A stretch of DNA of 64,000 bases from NCBI RefSeq assembly GCF_009914755.1, contig NC_060938.1. One strand, 5' to 3'. This DNA is from the human T2T-CHM13v2.0 reference genome, Homo sapiens. Positions 1-17,116 of this stretch are shown piece after piece. Both the position numbers and the translations under genes were made by a program. The notes under the pieces are model-generated. The model saw nothing but the letters and a program-made list of their open reading frames with translations, was not told the origin of the DNA and made no database searches. Positions within the stretch are counted from its first letter, which is position 1, and each line of letters opens with the position of its first letter.

Positions 1-666
1 CAGCCGAGGGAGGCTTCATTTTGGAAGCCAGTGGTGTGATGACAGAGGCGGCTCTTGGACTAGCCCTGCAGGCTCCCTCCTACAAGGGTGGCTGCAATCC
101 CAGGGGTAAACCGCCATGTCCACCATCGCCCACACCAGCCTCCCGTCCTGTTTAGCAGCAGAGGCACCAGACCCTCCACTGGCCTGGAATGTGGCCACTG
201 CTCCTACCCAGGAGACTCCAAGCCTGCACCCCTGGCTCTCCTGAAGGGTCTGAGAGCCGCTAACACCCTTTAATAATCTCCTTTTCTCTCTAAACTCACA
301 AGAGTGGGTTTTATTGCTTGTAACCAAGAATTCTGATTGGTATAGTGGGGATATAACAAGAGCTAGAGCTAGAGACGCAGACAGGAGCCAAGTGCCAGCA
401 TCCGTATGCAGCCCTAGGAATCTGGACTTGACCCTGGAGCCCAGTGGCTTTCCGTTGGGTGCCGCAGAGACCTGACAATTTCATGGAGCTTCCTGAGGGC
501 TGAAGTGGGGGCTTCTGCACGCCCTTCCTACACCCAGCTGTTCTGTCTTTAACTCTTTCACACACTGCTGAGCTTTCAAATGCAGATTGCATTTCTAAAA
601 AAACAACAATAATACCCCTACCGTTCACTGAGCACTTGTCACTTGTCAGGCACTGTGCCACAGGTT

Positions 667-1189
667 GTATTATCCAAGGTGGCCGCAATAGAATCTTCCA
701 TCACACAGGCTCTTGTTACAACGTGACCTTGACAGCCCCTGCATCAAGAGGGCTGTGAATCCGTAGCTACTGTGAAAGTGACGCTATGTGACTTCCAAAG
801 CTAGGTCCTAAAAGTGGATGCAACTTCTGCCTGGTTCTCTTGGGACTCAGTCTTAGAGCCCAGCCACCATGCTGGAAGGAAGACTTGGTCAAGCATGGGT
901 GCTGCAGCTGAGTGAGTCTGGGCCAAGTATGGGTGTTACGGTCTGGACACTCAGCTCAGACCCCAGTACACAGTCAGCATCATCTGTCAGGCAGATAAGC
1001 AAGGAAGCTCAGGAATGAGTCTAGCCCCAGCCACCTTCTGACTAAACCCAAGAGAGACCAAATGAGAACTGCCCAGATGAGCCCCATCGATCCCCAGAAA
1101 TGTGAAGGACAATAATAAAATAATTGTCATTGTTTTAAACCACTATGTTTTGGGGTATTTTATAGTTGCAACAATAGATAACTGGAACA
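667..1189 (+). mobile_element. MLT1-family (ERVL-MaLR) solo LTR interrupting a MIR
   Basis: Typical MLT1 motifs 'gtgacttccaaagctagg', 'cccagccaccatgctg' and 3' end 'ttttaaaccactatgttttggggt…gataactggaaca'. Confidence 0.75.
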
Positions 1190-1410
1190 CACTGTTTAAG
1201 CGCCTTAACTAACTGACGCATTTAATATTCACCATGGCCTATGAGGTAGGTGTCATTATTATCCATTATTATTAGTATTAGCCTCACTTTTATAAATGAA
1301 GGAGCAGAGACACAGAGAGGGTAACTTTCTCAATGACACACAGGTGACACGCGGTGGAGCTCAGATTAAACACAGACTGTCTGGCCTTAGAGTCAGTCTG
1401 TGTTACCACA
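1190..1410 (-). mobile_element. MIR fragment
   Basis: Core 'tatgaggtaggtgtcattatt…atgaaggagcagagacacagagagggtaactt'. Confidence 0.6.
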
Positions 1411-1439
1411 GGGGTGCGCGGCCTCACTTACCATCTGTG

Positions 1440-1720
1440 GTAAGCCCAGACGGTCATAAGAGGATCTTAAGGAGGGAAGTGGAGTGGGGTAGCCATGGTC
1501 AGATTTGTGTTTTAGGAAGATGTGATGTGGGGGAGGGACTGAGGGCAGGTGTCAGGGCAAGGCTGGAGGCAGAGGCCACCTTGGCCACTGCAACATCTAG
1601 GTTAGTCCTCAGCAAGGCCTCACCCCAGGCAGTGGCTGTGGGGACGAAGAATTGAGAAGAGGAAACAGATCTAAGAGACAGCATCACTGGCTAGGTCATG
1701 GGAATGGGGAGGGGCAGGCT
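1440..1720 (+). mobile_element. L2 fragment
   Basis: 'ccatggtcagatttgtgttttaggaagat…aggctggaggcag' resembles the L2 3' region. Confidence 0.5.
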
Positions 1721-3404
1721 CAGAGATGATGCATTGTAGATCATCAGCATGTTTACTGCGGTGGCTGGAAGATAAAGATACCAGCTGCCACTTATCTTAT
1801 TGATTTCAGCAATTGCTAAATGCAATGAGTTATTGCTCCCAAAGACCAGCCTTGGGTACCAGCTAATATCACAGTTATCAGAAAACACGTTCCCAAGGGT
1901 GAGCAGAACTAGGATGTGTGTCAGTAGAAACATGCGTGGTTCTGCCACGCGAACAACCCTAAAATCCCAGAGGTTTAAAAGAAAACAGTGCTCATTCGTC
2001 TGTCCCCTGAGGCCAGCCAAGGGCTCTGCTCCACATTTTCCCCCATCCGTGGCCTCCTTTTCAACCATTGCTGATTACCATTGCAGAGGGAGAAAGAGCT
2101 TTGGAGAGTCTCAGACCAGCCATTAAGTCTTTCCCCGAGAAGTGACCCGGGTTGTACCCACTCACACTGATTGGCCAGATCAGGTCACCTGACCTACACA
2201 ACTGCCAGGGGGCCAGGAAGTTCAGCCGGGTCCCAGGATGCAAGAGCTAGGTCCAGATGCTCAGCAGGGGATGACAGTGTGGGTGTGTCCTGCCTACAGG
2301 GTAGCGTGCTTGTGCGTCCGCACCCTGGCTTCGTTTGGGTTAGCACTATTTATGCATCCTTTGACCCCATGTGAGCCCCTCAGGGCTGAAAGCCTGTCTC
2401 CCTCTTCTCCCTAGCAGCGAGCTCTCGCATCGATCTGATTGCCAGTTACACAGACTGAAAAGTCATCAGATGTGCACTTTTTCTATGTACATATTATACT
2501 TTAATAAAAAGTTACTTTAAAAATGGGAAAGACCTACTCACTCCAGCAGGGTAGAAATGCTTTTATCCCAGAGTCTCAGCTCTTGGGACTGGTCCATTCA
2601 TTCCTCAGATCTACTCACTCACAAAATCAAAAAGCTGATCCTCAGCCTGACAGCTATCGATCGGTCCAGGAAGCAGGACCAAGTTAGCCTCAGTCCTCAT
2701 CCAGTCTCCTTAGGGTCTCTCTGCTTTCTGGCTGAGGCTGGATAAAGGTACCGAGTGGGTTAATTGTGCGGCTACACAGCGGGAACCTCTCAGATGCACA
2801 AAGTCCATTAACCTGGCAACCTGGGCGAGGAGACACTGTTTGTCTCCCAGTTTGTGCTCTTGGGACCTGGCAAACATCTGACCTCTCCTGGATGACTTTT
2901 CCAGGGTCAGCCTATTATGAACGAATCCTGACTAATTCGGTCACCCTTCCATTTCTTAAGTATGATTTGTGGCTTAATTGCAGCAGGAAAAAAATAATGA
3001 GAAGTGCACAGCCCAGGCCATATCCATAATTCATAACTGCAATAAAACCCTCGACATGCTGTCGTGACTTATGGCAGACGTAGTGGTGTGCACCCTGGGG
3101 CCAGCGGAGGGCCCAGATGTTTCCGCTGCAGAATTTAGAGCTCACAGGCTGGAGGATCCAGGCTTCCCAACACTCATGGCAAAGCTCAATCCTGGTTGGA
3201 GGCAAAAACCAGAGCTTTGGCTTAGGGCCCAGGGACTCAGGAGGGGCCCATGTGTAGGCTGCCCAGGAAAGCAGGGTGTGTTGGAGGCTTGGAGGCTGGA
3301 GACACCATTGAGGAAGCAACTGCAAAGTATCTCAAACCTACAGAGCCCCTTGCCATCATCATACAGCAGGGCGGGTCTGCACCAGCCCCAAGAGAGCATA
3401 AGGA

Positions 3405-3960
3405 TGATATATCAGTTAAGAGGCGAGGCCATGAATGATAGAAAACCCAGGTCAAATAGCTTAAACTATAAGGGGAATTTATTGGCTCACATAACTGAAA
3501 AGTCCAAAGATCCTCAGGCTTCAGGTGAGGCTTGATCCAGGGGCTCAAATGACATCATCAGATAGAAGGCGTCATCCATTCTTCTCTCTGCCTTGCACCT
3601 CTGGTGCCACACAGTGGCCACTCACTGGCAGTTCCAGGGTTTCCTCTCAGGAAGTCAAATGGCTGCGTGAGTTCCACATCTTACAGCCTCAGGGCAAGAA
3701 AGACTGCCTCCTTCTGCCAAGCACTGAACGAAGTTCCCAACTCTCACTGGCACCCATTGGGTCAGGTGTCCATTGCTAAACCAATTACCAGCAGAGGGGT
3801 GTGGAGGAGAGCAGAGCACGCTGATCAACTGGAGCCAAGCAGGCAAGTGAAGCCCATGGACTCCGTATACTTAAAAAGAGGGGAAGGGTAGTTCCCTAGG
3901 GGGATACTTGTTTGCCCAAAAGAAGCAGAACCGGAGATGCTAGGAAGGAAAAGGACAGAT
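3405..3960 (-). mobile_element. Ancient MLT1/ERVL-type LTR
   Basis: 'agaaaacccaggtcaaatagcttaaac…gggaatttattggctcacataactgaaaagtcc…ggcttcagg' motif typical of old MLT1J/K-like LTRs. Confidence 0.55.
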
Positions 3961-5114
3961 GCTCGCGACCTAGGCCAGGGGTGGACAAACTGGGTCTGGG
4001 GGCCACATCCAGACCCAGAGAGCAACCTGGCTCCCTCAGTCACTGGGACACGGCGGGTCAGGGCGAGCGGCTGCCCCAGTCATCACTAACACTCCCACAT
4101 GCTGGCAATGCAATCCTTGGGACGCAGGTCTCAGGGAGCAGGCCCGGCCACAGGGGAGGCCAAGGCCCCCCTCTCAGTGTCGCCTCAGCCCCAGCAGGAG
4201 CAGTGCTCGAAACCCCTATGAGCCATCTGGATTCTGAGAACATTCAATACCAGTTCACACGCCAAACAAGGAGGCAGCGGCCGAGAAGGCTCTCCCGGTG
4301 TTAGGGAAACGCCGGGAATGGGGAGCACTGAGACTTAGGCATTCAAGAAGCTGTTTGAAGAAGGAGACATCTGAGTGCCTCCTACAATGAGGCTAGAGGA
4401 ACGCTGTCACCAGGAGGAGAGGGGAAGGGAGGACCCCCTGCAGAGGGAGCTAGTTTAAAGGTCAGTGTTGAGGAAGAACAGCTCAGCTCTCACACTGAGA
4501 CGGCAGCGATCCTCCCGGCTGAAGAGTCACCTGTGTGCCTGGCCCTCCTGGAATAACCTCCTCCCTCTCTCTCACTTAGCTATGTTCATTCTTTTTTAGC
4601 CGACCAGAAGTCTCAAATCTTCCCAGTCCCAGTAGTCTGGAAGGCTGCTCTCTGGCATGGTGAGAAGGCTGATTCCCACTTTCCGCAGTTTGCTTTATTG
4701 ACAATTACATGTGAGCTCACTGTTCTCAGTGTTTGGACCAATGCATTAATAAGGCTGGAGACAAAGGAAGAGGCACCCAAGCCTAAGCCCTGAAGAGTTA
4801 AGGAACACATACTTAGCTTTAGAATTGTGTATTTCATTCTAAGTAATTTAGTTCCTGCCTTTTACAGTTGCAATTAAGAGATGGTGAGTGACAAAAGATT
4901 TCTTCTCTGTAGGGAGAAAAGCACGTACCCACACGCTCATGCACCCACACAAATTCCATCAGCACCCTTGTGCATGTCCAGGAACACACAGCAATACACA
5001 AGAAGAGCCCTCACCTCTGCCTGTACCACATTTACACACACGTGCACACATGTGCACACCCCATGCAAGTGCACGCAGAAATGGGCACACATAAAAGCCC
5101 ACGCTGATTGACTA

Positions 5115-5696
<582 letters not shown>

Positions 5697-6338
5697 TCAT
5701 TCATCTATTCGTTCATTCATTTCAGTGCCCCTGCTTTGCTGGATGATCCAGCAATGACATATACATGCATTCACCTATATGTACATGTAAGCCAGTACTC
5801 ACACAACTGGACTAGTGCTCCCCACGCGTGCACATAGGCTTGTGCACTCAAGCACACACATGCACACACACACAGACTAAGGGAGCTCCAAGCCAAAGGC
5901 CCAAGAAGGAATCTGGTGCTGGCACCCTCACTGCCAGCTGCGGCCAGCGTTTCTGCAGGACCCCTCTCCTCCCTCCTGGTGTTTTGGCCCCTGCAGTTTC
6001 CAAGCCTGGCAGGAATCCACAGAGCGCTCACACAAAGCCCAGCCCTGCAGACCTCTGATGAGGGAATGGGCCTGGTTCAGAGAGACAAAGGCAGGGGCGG
6101 TGGAGTAGGGCCCAGGGAGGGAAGGAGACACATACCAGCGGGCCCTTGGAAATGTGGACTGGGTGGGGAGGACAGGGGATGGCACTAGGTGATGGTCAGG
6201 ATGGCCAGTGGACCTCACTCTGCTCCGGATGTCTGCTGATGACAAACTAATGCCAGCCCCAACCACCTTCAAACACCAGCTCTCCCATCCCCCGGCCCAG
6301 GCCCTAGTCCGTTTATAGCTTTAAAAACTGCTGAGGGT

Positions 6339-6639
<301 letters not shown>

Positions 6640-6647
6640 CTGCTGCG

Positions 6648-7078
<431 letters not shown>

Positions 7079-9271
7079 TCTACAGGACCCCTGATGAGTA
7101 AATGTCCCATGACGGGGAACTCACTACCTGAATTAGCGGCACCCCCACCACCTTGCTTTGGGGACAAGTTCGGAGCTGAGAGCATTTCTCCATAACATGG
7201 TTCCTAATTTCCAGAAGGGTGAAAGCAACCCCAGGGAGTGTCCTCCCACCGTCATTAGCTGGGGAGGTGTTCACTGATCCTGCTGCCCTCCTCTGGTGGC
7301 TGGCTGCCCACTCTAGCAAGACCTGCCTCCTCCAGGAAGCCTGCCTGACTACTCCAACCCCCAGGCCTCTCTCCCGGCTCTGGGCACCCAGACCTCTGAG
7401 GACAGAGTGCTTGCTTCTTGTTCCTCATATCTAAGCCTCATCCCCAGCAGGCTTTTGTCAGGTGAAAGTGCAAGCAGCTGCCACTATAGGGCTGCAGGTC
7501 TGAAGAGAGCACAGAGCGGGAGACCAGCAGATGCCGCCAGATGCATGGCCCAGGCAGGCCCTCCACTGTTCAGAGCCTGCTTGCTCAGCCACGAGGTGGG
7601 GCAGATGCACCCGCATGAAACACCTGAACAAATGTGCAGAGCATGCAAGCACCGAGCCTGCACACAGTGGGGTCCACACGGCTTTACCCCAAGCTGGGTG
7701 CCTGATGCTAGGGCCACTCCTCCACTAGGCACTGTAGGCCCCATGCCGAGAGCCCGTGCTGCTTTTAGAGGGCCCTCAAAATATCTTCAATTTCTTTTAA
7801 AATCAGAAGAAAATGACGACTATGATGTAGCCTGGGTTATATTTGTCTTCATACCGACGATACTGTAAAAGGTAAATGTGAATGTTTTATGGAGAGAGGA
7901 CCCATGAAAGCCATACTGCACCCCTAGCAAAGGCAGTGACATCCAGGCCTACAGGGGGGCCCAGCTGGATTCCCCCACATTCCCAGTGGGCCCAGGCCAG
8001 TGTTTCAGAGAGCACGGTCTGTGCCCATTGAAGCTAACTTCTACCAGAGGAGTTTCTCCAGCAAAGCAAGGCAGGTGAATGCATGGGCTCCGGAGATACA
8101 TGGTTGTAACCTGAGCTGTGTGACTTAGGCTGGTTGCTTCACCTCTCTGTGCTTCTGTTTCTGCTGCTGTAAAATGGTGGTGCTAAGACTCCTTCCAGGG
8201 TTATGAGGACTCAGGGAGATGATGCACTGAGAGACCCAGGCACCTGGGAGGCCTGTTCTCATCCTCCGCTGGGACAGCAGTGCCTCCAGGGCTATGGCAG
8301 CACAGCAGCGGGCTCTTTTCTGGGGCCCTGGGACAAGGCCAGGCCCTGGGCATCACTGCAGGTTGCAGACAGACATGAGTCCGTGGGAGATGCCTCAAGC
8401 CCCTGCCTCCTCAAGCCTGAGAAAGGGGCTGAGCTCCAGGGCCTCTGCCTGAGGAGCCCTGGGGAGCTGCTGTTTGATCCCTTTCTCTGGCTCATGAAGG
8501 GGTCCGAGGGAAGCCAAGAGCACTTTTCAGGATGTGTGGCTGCTCTGTGCCTGGGGCTCCTCTTCCTCCCTCCTCTTGGTCCACACAAAGGAGCAGCGGT
8601 AGCTCTGCTCGTTCTCCTGGCTTTTTATTCTGGGCACATTCAGCAAGCACTTACTGAGCACCTACTGAGTACTGGGGGGCTATGGAAGCAGAGCCACTGG
8701 CTGGGATTTCTGGGACTCAGCCAGGCTGAGGGGAATCCGAGCAGCCCAGGGAGGGAGGGGGTCTCCTCTGCTGCAGAGCACCCACAGGGGCTGGACCCCC
8801 ACTGGTGGACGCTCGCTCCATCGTCACACTGCCCTGCAAGATGGGGCGGTCATCACCACTTTACAGATGAGGAGATTGATGCCCAGGCGGGAGAGGGGCT
8901 TCCCTAGGTCATGTGGCTGTCACCCGTGAGCTGAGGCCTGCACCCAGCTCTGTCTGACTCAGCCCACACCCTAAGCCACCTCACCTCCCCTGCCACAACA
9001 ACTGAGGCGACCCTTATGCCAGTGCTCCTGGGACCCTCAGGCAAGAGCCTGCCCACAGGCCCACCCTTTTGGCCTGAACCCGAGAACGGCTGGGACAGGT
9101 TAGGAAGGAGCCAACCTTGATCCTCCCCCTGGGGGTCATCACCAACCAGCACTGCAGCTGAAAGGGAGGCTGCAGCCTCGGGAGCTCCGAGAGGAACATC
9201 TGACAGATGGGGAGGGCGGAAAGTGACTTCCTCAAGGTCACACGGCAAGGGAACAGGAGAAGGGGGCTGGT

Positions 9272-9562
9272 GGCCGGGGGCAGTGCTTCATGCCTAAAAT
9301 CCCAGCACTTTGGGAGGCTGAGGCCAGGACCTCAAGACCACCCTGGCCAACATGGTGAAACCTCATCTCTACGAAAAATAAAAAATTAGCTGGGCGTGGT
9401 GGTGAGCACCTGTAGTTCCCGCTACTCAGGAAGCTGAGGCACAAGAATCGCTTGAACCCAGGAGGTAGAGGTTGCAGTGAGCCAAGACTGCACCACTGCA
9501 CTCCAGCCTGGGCGACAGAGCAAGACTCCATCTCAAAAAAAGAAAAAAGAAAAAAAAGAAAA
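9272..9562 (+). mobile_element. Alu with small left-arm deletion
   Basis: Dimer lacking 'gggcggatcacctgagg'; TSD aagggggctgg. Confidence 0.92.
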
Positions 9563-9766
9563 GGGGGCTGGGATCAAGTAGCCCTGAATGTCCTGTTTTC
9601 TGCCCACCGGGGAGAACCCTCTAAGCTATCAGATGGGCATCACACCCCACTGGGAAAGTGGAAGATGCCCTTTGGGGCCCAGTGGGCCTTATCTGGATTT
9701 ACCAAGTATCCTTCCCCCACCCACACTCACAAAAATCTCCCCAAAACACACATTGAACCTGACAAT

Positions 9767-9897
9767 TCTTTTTTTTTAAATACAGGGAGAGAGTCTCACT
9801 ATGTTGCCCAGGCTGTTCTTGAACTCCTGGGCTCAAGCAATCCTCTTGCCTCGGCCTCCCAAAGTGCTTGGATTACAGATGTGAGCCACTGCACCTG
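9767..9897 (-). mobile_element. FLAM/Alu left monomer
   Basis: Single reverse left arm. Confidence 0.85.
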
Positions 9898-10103
9898 CCA
9901 CCTTCCCCCTCTTTTTTTTAAACCTGACAGTCCTTAAAACATTTTGCACTTTGCAAAGCATATATATGTGTGTTATTTGTGCTTCCTTACCACAAGTGTT
10001 GAGATAATCTCTTTTAAGGGTGATTTTTTCTGATTTTAAATCTTTAAGGCACAGTAATAAAAAGATGGGAAAATTCCCCATGAATAGAATCCCTCAGAAG
10101 TAA

Positions 10104-10422
<319 letters not shown>

Positions 10423-10439
10423 CCTCTTATTTTCTTTGC

Positions 10440-11225
<786 letters not shown>

Positions 11226-11479
11226 AATACATCTCAATAATAATAACTGTTATATACTATATAGTATATCATATTGTGTTATATAATTAATAAATATATT
11301 AAATTTTAATGACAACAATAAAAACTAATATAATTTTCATCATCTCCAATGAAATCTTAGCTTTGCCAATATCAATATTTTAAATGCCACATCATTAAAA
11401 TCCCTGCCTAGTCATTATGCTTCAAGGCTCTACATAATCTCCGATTTTATTTTTCTGTTTTGCAGACGAGAAAACAGCA

Positions 11480-13560
11480 AGGAAGGCTCAACTCGGGCTT
11501 GCCCGGGGCTCTTCCCCTTCGGCGTGGAAGATTCAATGCGAGGAAGCAAAGAGCCTAAAATACGAACACCCAGGAAATTAAGCAGGGGAAGGGGCCCTTC
11601 TGAGACAGTAAAGAAACATACATCCGAAGACGGTGGAAAGTGTTCAGTTGTTGGCTTCAGCAAATATAAAGCAGAAAGAGCCACGAGGGGTGGACCCAGC
11701 CTGGGCGCGGCTGGCCGGGGCCTCCGCGCTGGATCCAGGGAAGCGCCTTCCCCGCACCTGCCACGAGGCGGCGCCAGAGCAGCGTCCACAGCCCGGGCCT
11801 CTCGGCAGGCCTGGGGCTGCGAGAGGGGCCGCGGAGACAAACCAGGCCTCCAACCAGGCTTCCTGCAAAGACCAGGTAGGAGAAGGCTCTGGCCGCGGAT
11901 TAGAAGATTTTCCACAGACACGCTCCACTCTGCCTTCTATCCTAAAGCATCTGAAATTACCTACGCTCCCTGAGCTTCCCTGACCTCATTTGTCAGCCAG
12001 GGAGAAGGATGGAATGAAAGTGGGGGGCCTTATCAGACACAAAGCGGGGAAAGGGTGATTCTCTGCTGTGCCGCCCCGTTCCCATAGAATTTCCCAGCCA
12101 GGCAGCACCTGGAGGCCAGTCCCTCACCTTTACAGCGAGTTCAGAGAGGGCCTTCAGCCAGCCTGAGACCACAGAGCCACCCTGGGTCCTCTGTCTTCTC
12201 CCAGAAACCCTGGGATTTCCTCTTCCAGCAGGGACCACGCAGAGAAGCAGCCAGTCCCCAGGTCTCCCATCTGCACCCACCCCGCCCCGCCTGCCTCTCC
12301 CGCTGTGAAACATTGTTCAGAATAACTAGCTCCCCCTGCAATACGCAAGAGCGAGCTATGCGAGTGGCTCTTCCGGTCACTTTTATGCTTGGGGTCGGAG
12401 GAAGGCACTACAAAAGCTTTAAGACAAAAGCCACGTGGATGTCAGGAGTGCGCGCGGGGCGTCGTCTTCCACGGAACTGCTGCAGAATCATCGTTGGAAA
12501 GGAACTCTGAGACCATCGGATCCCAAAACTCAGTCCACCGACTGGGGACCAGGGTACCTGCCCTGTGCCACACAGCAAATGCATTTTACTTCCAACAGAT
12601 GAAGCTGTCACCTAAGGGGGGCTTCTCAGCCTAGGCTCGGGGGGCTGCAGAAATGTCTTTCACCATCCTTCACCTGCAGGAAGCTCATGAGACAAATGAG
12701 GGGAAATGGAGGGAGGAGGCGAATGGAAGAGGAGAGGCGAGAGCAGCGTGATGCCCTCCCAGAGGCGGCAGCGCTGCAGAGGGCAGGGCCACGTCCTGCT
12801 GCCCTTCTCTCCCCTGCCCAGGGAAGCGGCAGAGCTTCTCCTCGGGGAGCGGTGAACCGAGGGCCGACGCAGACACCTCCATGTGTGGGACACTGATTAG
12901 ACAATCATAGCTGTTTGGCATCATTAATACCACTAATATTAACTTTCCAGCCCCTGCCAGGCATTTGACGGTTGTCACTTCTGGTCCCACAATGACCGTG
13001 CAGAAGTACATACTGTCATCTCCATGCTGCGGAGGAGAAAATAGTTGGGGAGGCAACGTGACTTGCCCAGACCCACACAGCTAAGAGCAAAGGAGGCCGG
13101 AACACATCCAATGGCAGCGCCGAGACTTCCTCCTGCGCTGCTCGGCCGCCGTCCCCGGACAAGAGAGTACATGGCTGCTTGAGCTGAAAGGAAGCTTGGT
13201 GATTGCCGCTCTAGGGTGTGTTCGCATGAGGTCGGCAGGGTGACTGTATGCAGGGGATGCAACATGCACACACGTACACACACAGGATACAGCGGGAATC
13301 CCACCGGCCAGAGTCCCGGTGTTAGTGTCCAGCCCCTTTCGCCCACAGCACGGGTGAATACCTCACTAGGATAAGAGCAATGCCTCCTCTGAATGCAGGC
13401 CACATTTCCCCTCTGCATCTCTGCTTGGATTCTGCAAGTCCGCGTTTCTCTGGCCCCTGCCGTCCGCATCCCTCAGGGTTATCCGGTGGAGTGGGCACCC
13501 TTCGAATGACTGAAAGTTCTCTTCACCTCCTGCTCCAGTTGCTCAAAGCACGCACACGTG
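11480..13560. promoter_or_regulatory. CpG-island-like region, probable promoter/regulatory element
   Basis: Visibly dense CpGs (e.g. 11700-11900, 12340-12480, 12720-12880, 13090-13500) in otherwise CpG-depleted DNA. TATAAAG at 11665-11671, CTCF-like CCACGAGGCGGCGC at 11761-11774, GC boxes near 12281-12290. Confidence 0.7.
11633..11875 (+). other. Candidate 5' exon in the CpG island (5' boundary uncertain)
   Basis: Donor CAG|GTAGGA after 11875. The frame is open from 11612 (GTG at 11633) and ends in phase 0, matching the phase-0 start of 32811. A strong acceptor (ttttctgttttgcag, AG 11464-11465) could alternatively define its 5' edge. Confidence 0.3.
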
Positions 13561-13920
13561 GCCTGGGCTGGCCCCCTTTGGATAGCTCCCTATACTGGGT
13601 CTGACTGTCCCTGATCTAATCTGGACACTTCTTTGCGGGGCAGGGAGGCTGCCTCATCCATCCCCTGATGTCCACTGTCTGTCCCAGGCTTGGCACCAAC
13701 GGAACGTCCAGACCCCCAGCTCAGGGGCCTTCAGATTTGAGCTGCTACTGATGGCCAAAGAGTTCAGGAAGCAGGGCAGGCCTCATCTAAGTTATGATGT
13801 CAGCCTTGGACAATATCCTCCGTGTATTTTTTTAGGATCCCAGGGCCACCAATTACTAAATATTCATGGTTACTCCTCCACGCTGAGCTGTGGGTCCCCT
13901 AATTAAGGAGGCTATGTCAT

Positions 13921-13979
13921 TGCTGACTCAGCTGGTGCCTTCTCTCTCCCAAAACTACCACAAGATAGCGTCTGACTCA
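13921..13979. promoter_or_regulatory. MARE/ARE plus AP-1 site pair (candidate enhancer core)
   Basis: TGCTGACTCAGC at 13921-13932; TGACTCA at 13973-13979. Confidence 0.4.
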
Positions 13980-14134
13980 TCACGCTTGTTCTTACTGGCT
14001 GCGCACACGCTTGTTCGTGTGTGGAAGGCATGTGTGTGCATTAAAAGCCATTTAATATGCACAACACATGACATTATAGCTGCCATTGCATGCTCAATCA
14101 CTTTGTAAATGTATTTTTCTTCATGATAACTTGA

Positions 14135-14441
14135 TTTTTGTTTTGTTTCATTTTGTTTTTGAGACAAGGTCTCGCTCTGTCGCCCAGGCTGGAGTGCAGT
14201 GGGACGATCATGGCTCACTGCAGCCTCCACCTCCTGCACTCAACTGATCTTCCCACCTTGGCCTCTGGAGTAGCTACAACCACAGGTGTGCATCACCACA
14301 GCTGACTAATTTTTATTTCGTGTAGATACAGTGTCTGGCTTTGTTGCCCAAGCTAGTCTTGAACTCCTGAGCTCAAGCGATCCACCTCCCTCTGCTTCCC
14401 CAAGTGTTGGGATTAACAGGCGTGAGCCACCATGCCCGGCC
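14135..14441 (-). mobile_element. Alu (J-like)
   Basis: Reverse dimer. Confidence 0.93.
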
Positions 14442-14599
14442 TCTTCGTAACGTTAAGGCTCTTCATTTGTGGACTACTTCCTGTCTTGTGTTTGCGTTTT
14501 CATCGCTGGTAACCCTGGTTCACAAATGCACGTGGGGATGTAGATGTAGCGATGGTGGATTTCACATCAGCTGCAGGGAAAGATGGAGCACTCATGTGT

Positions 14600-15320
<721 letters not shown>

Positions 15321-15325
15321 ACTGT

Positions 15326-16012
<687 letters not shown>

Positions 16013-16077
16013 ACTGCCTTAACTCAAATCCCAGCTGTGCAAGTTACCACCTGTGTATCCTTGAGCAAGTTACTTGA

Positions 16078-16432
<355 letters not shown>

Positions 16433-17068
16433 TATTACTGCTGTTTATTTACCTCCCCACCCTCCCTCAAGACTGGGGCCTCCTGGGGGCAAAGGCTGGG
16501 TCCCTGCAAAGACCCTCTGGCATGCAGCTGTGGTTGGTGAATTGTGTTCAGATGGGCCTTGATGAAGGATCCAATTCCAGTTCTTTGGCCTAAGCCACAG
16601 TGCTGCCTGAGTCACTGATAATCCCTGCTGAGGTCCCCACTGTGCGTCCAGGTTAGAAGGAAGGAGAAAACACACCAAGGACTTGGAATGGCAAATGCGG
16701 GCCTCTGCAGAACGTTACAGCTACATGGCCCTGGGTGGAAGTTAAAATTCATAGACTGTTAATTAGTATGTGGAACAGGAAGTTTCTAAATAGCTTTGCA
16801 GTAAGGCAGTCGGCAGGCTGAGGGCCAGCACTTAAAAGCCTGCTTTAAAAGCGAGAGGAGGGAAAAGGAAGACAAAACAATCAGGACTCAGGACGTTTCT
16901 GCTTCTTTTTACATCACAGCAACTCAAATACTCATTTCTGCTGGGGCTTCCTATGGAAATGAAGCCATCTGCCCTCGAGGTGGGCTTCGAAAGGTCTTGG
17001 GGCCCTGCAACAACCTAGGGCTGGGAGAGACTACAGGAGGGTGGGAGAGAGAGTGTACACGTGAGGGG

Positions 17069-17070
<2 letters not shown>

Positions 17071-17114
<44 letters not shown>
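17071..17114 (+). repeat. (GT)22 microsatellite
   Basis: Perfect GT run. Confidence 0.98.

Positions 17115-17116
<2 letters not shown>

Noticed and set aside
8203-8907. 234-aa ORF
   Set aside because: No recognisable homology. It begins and ends in MIR and crosses an L2 fragment, as expected by chance in GC-rich DNA.
16760-16800. MEF2 site in ttctaaatagct next to ETS caggaagt
   Set aside because: The A/T core is 2 nt too short for CTA(W)4TAG, and a lone ETS motif is not enough to call an enhancer.
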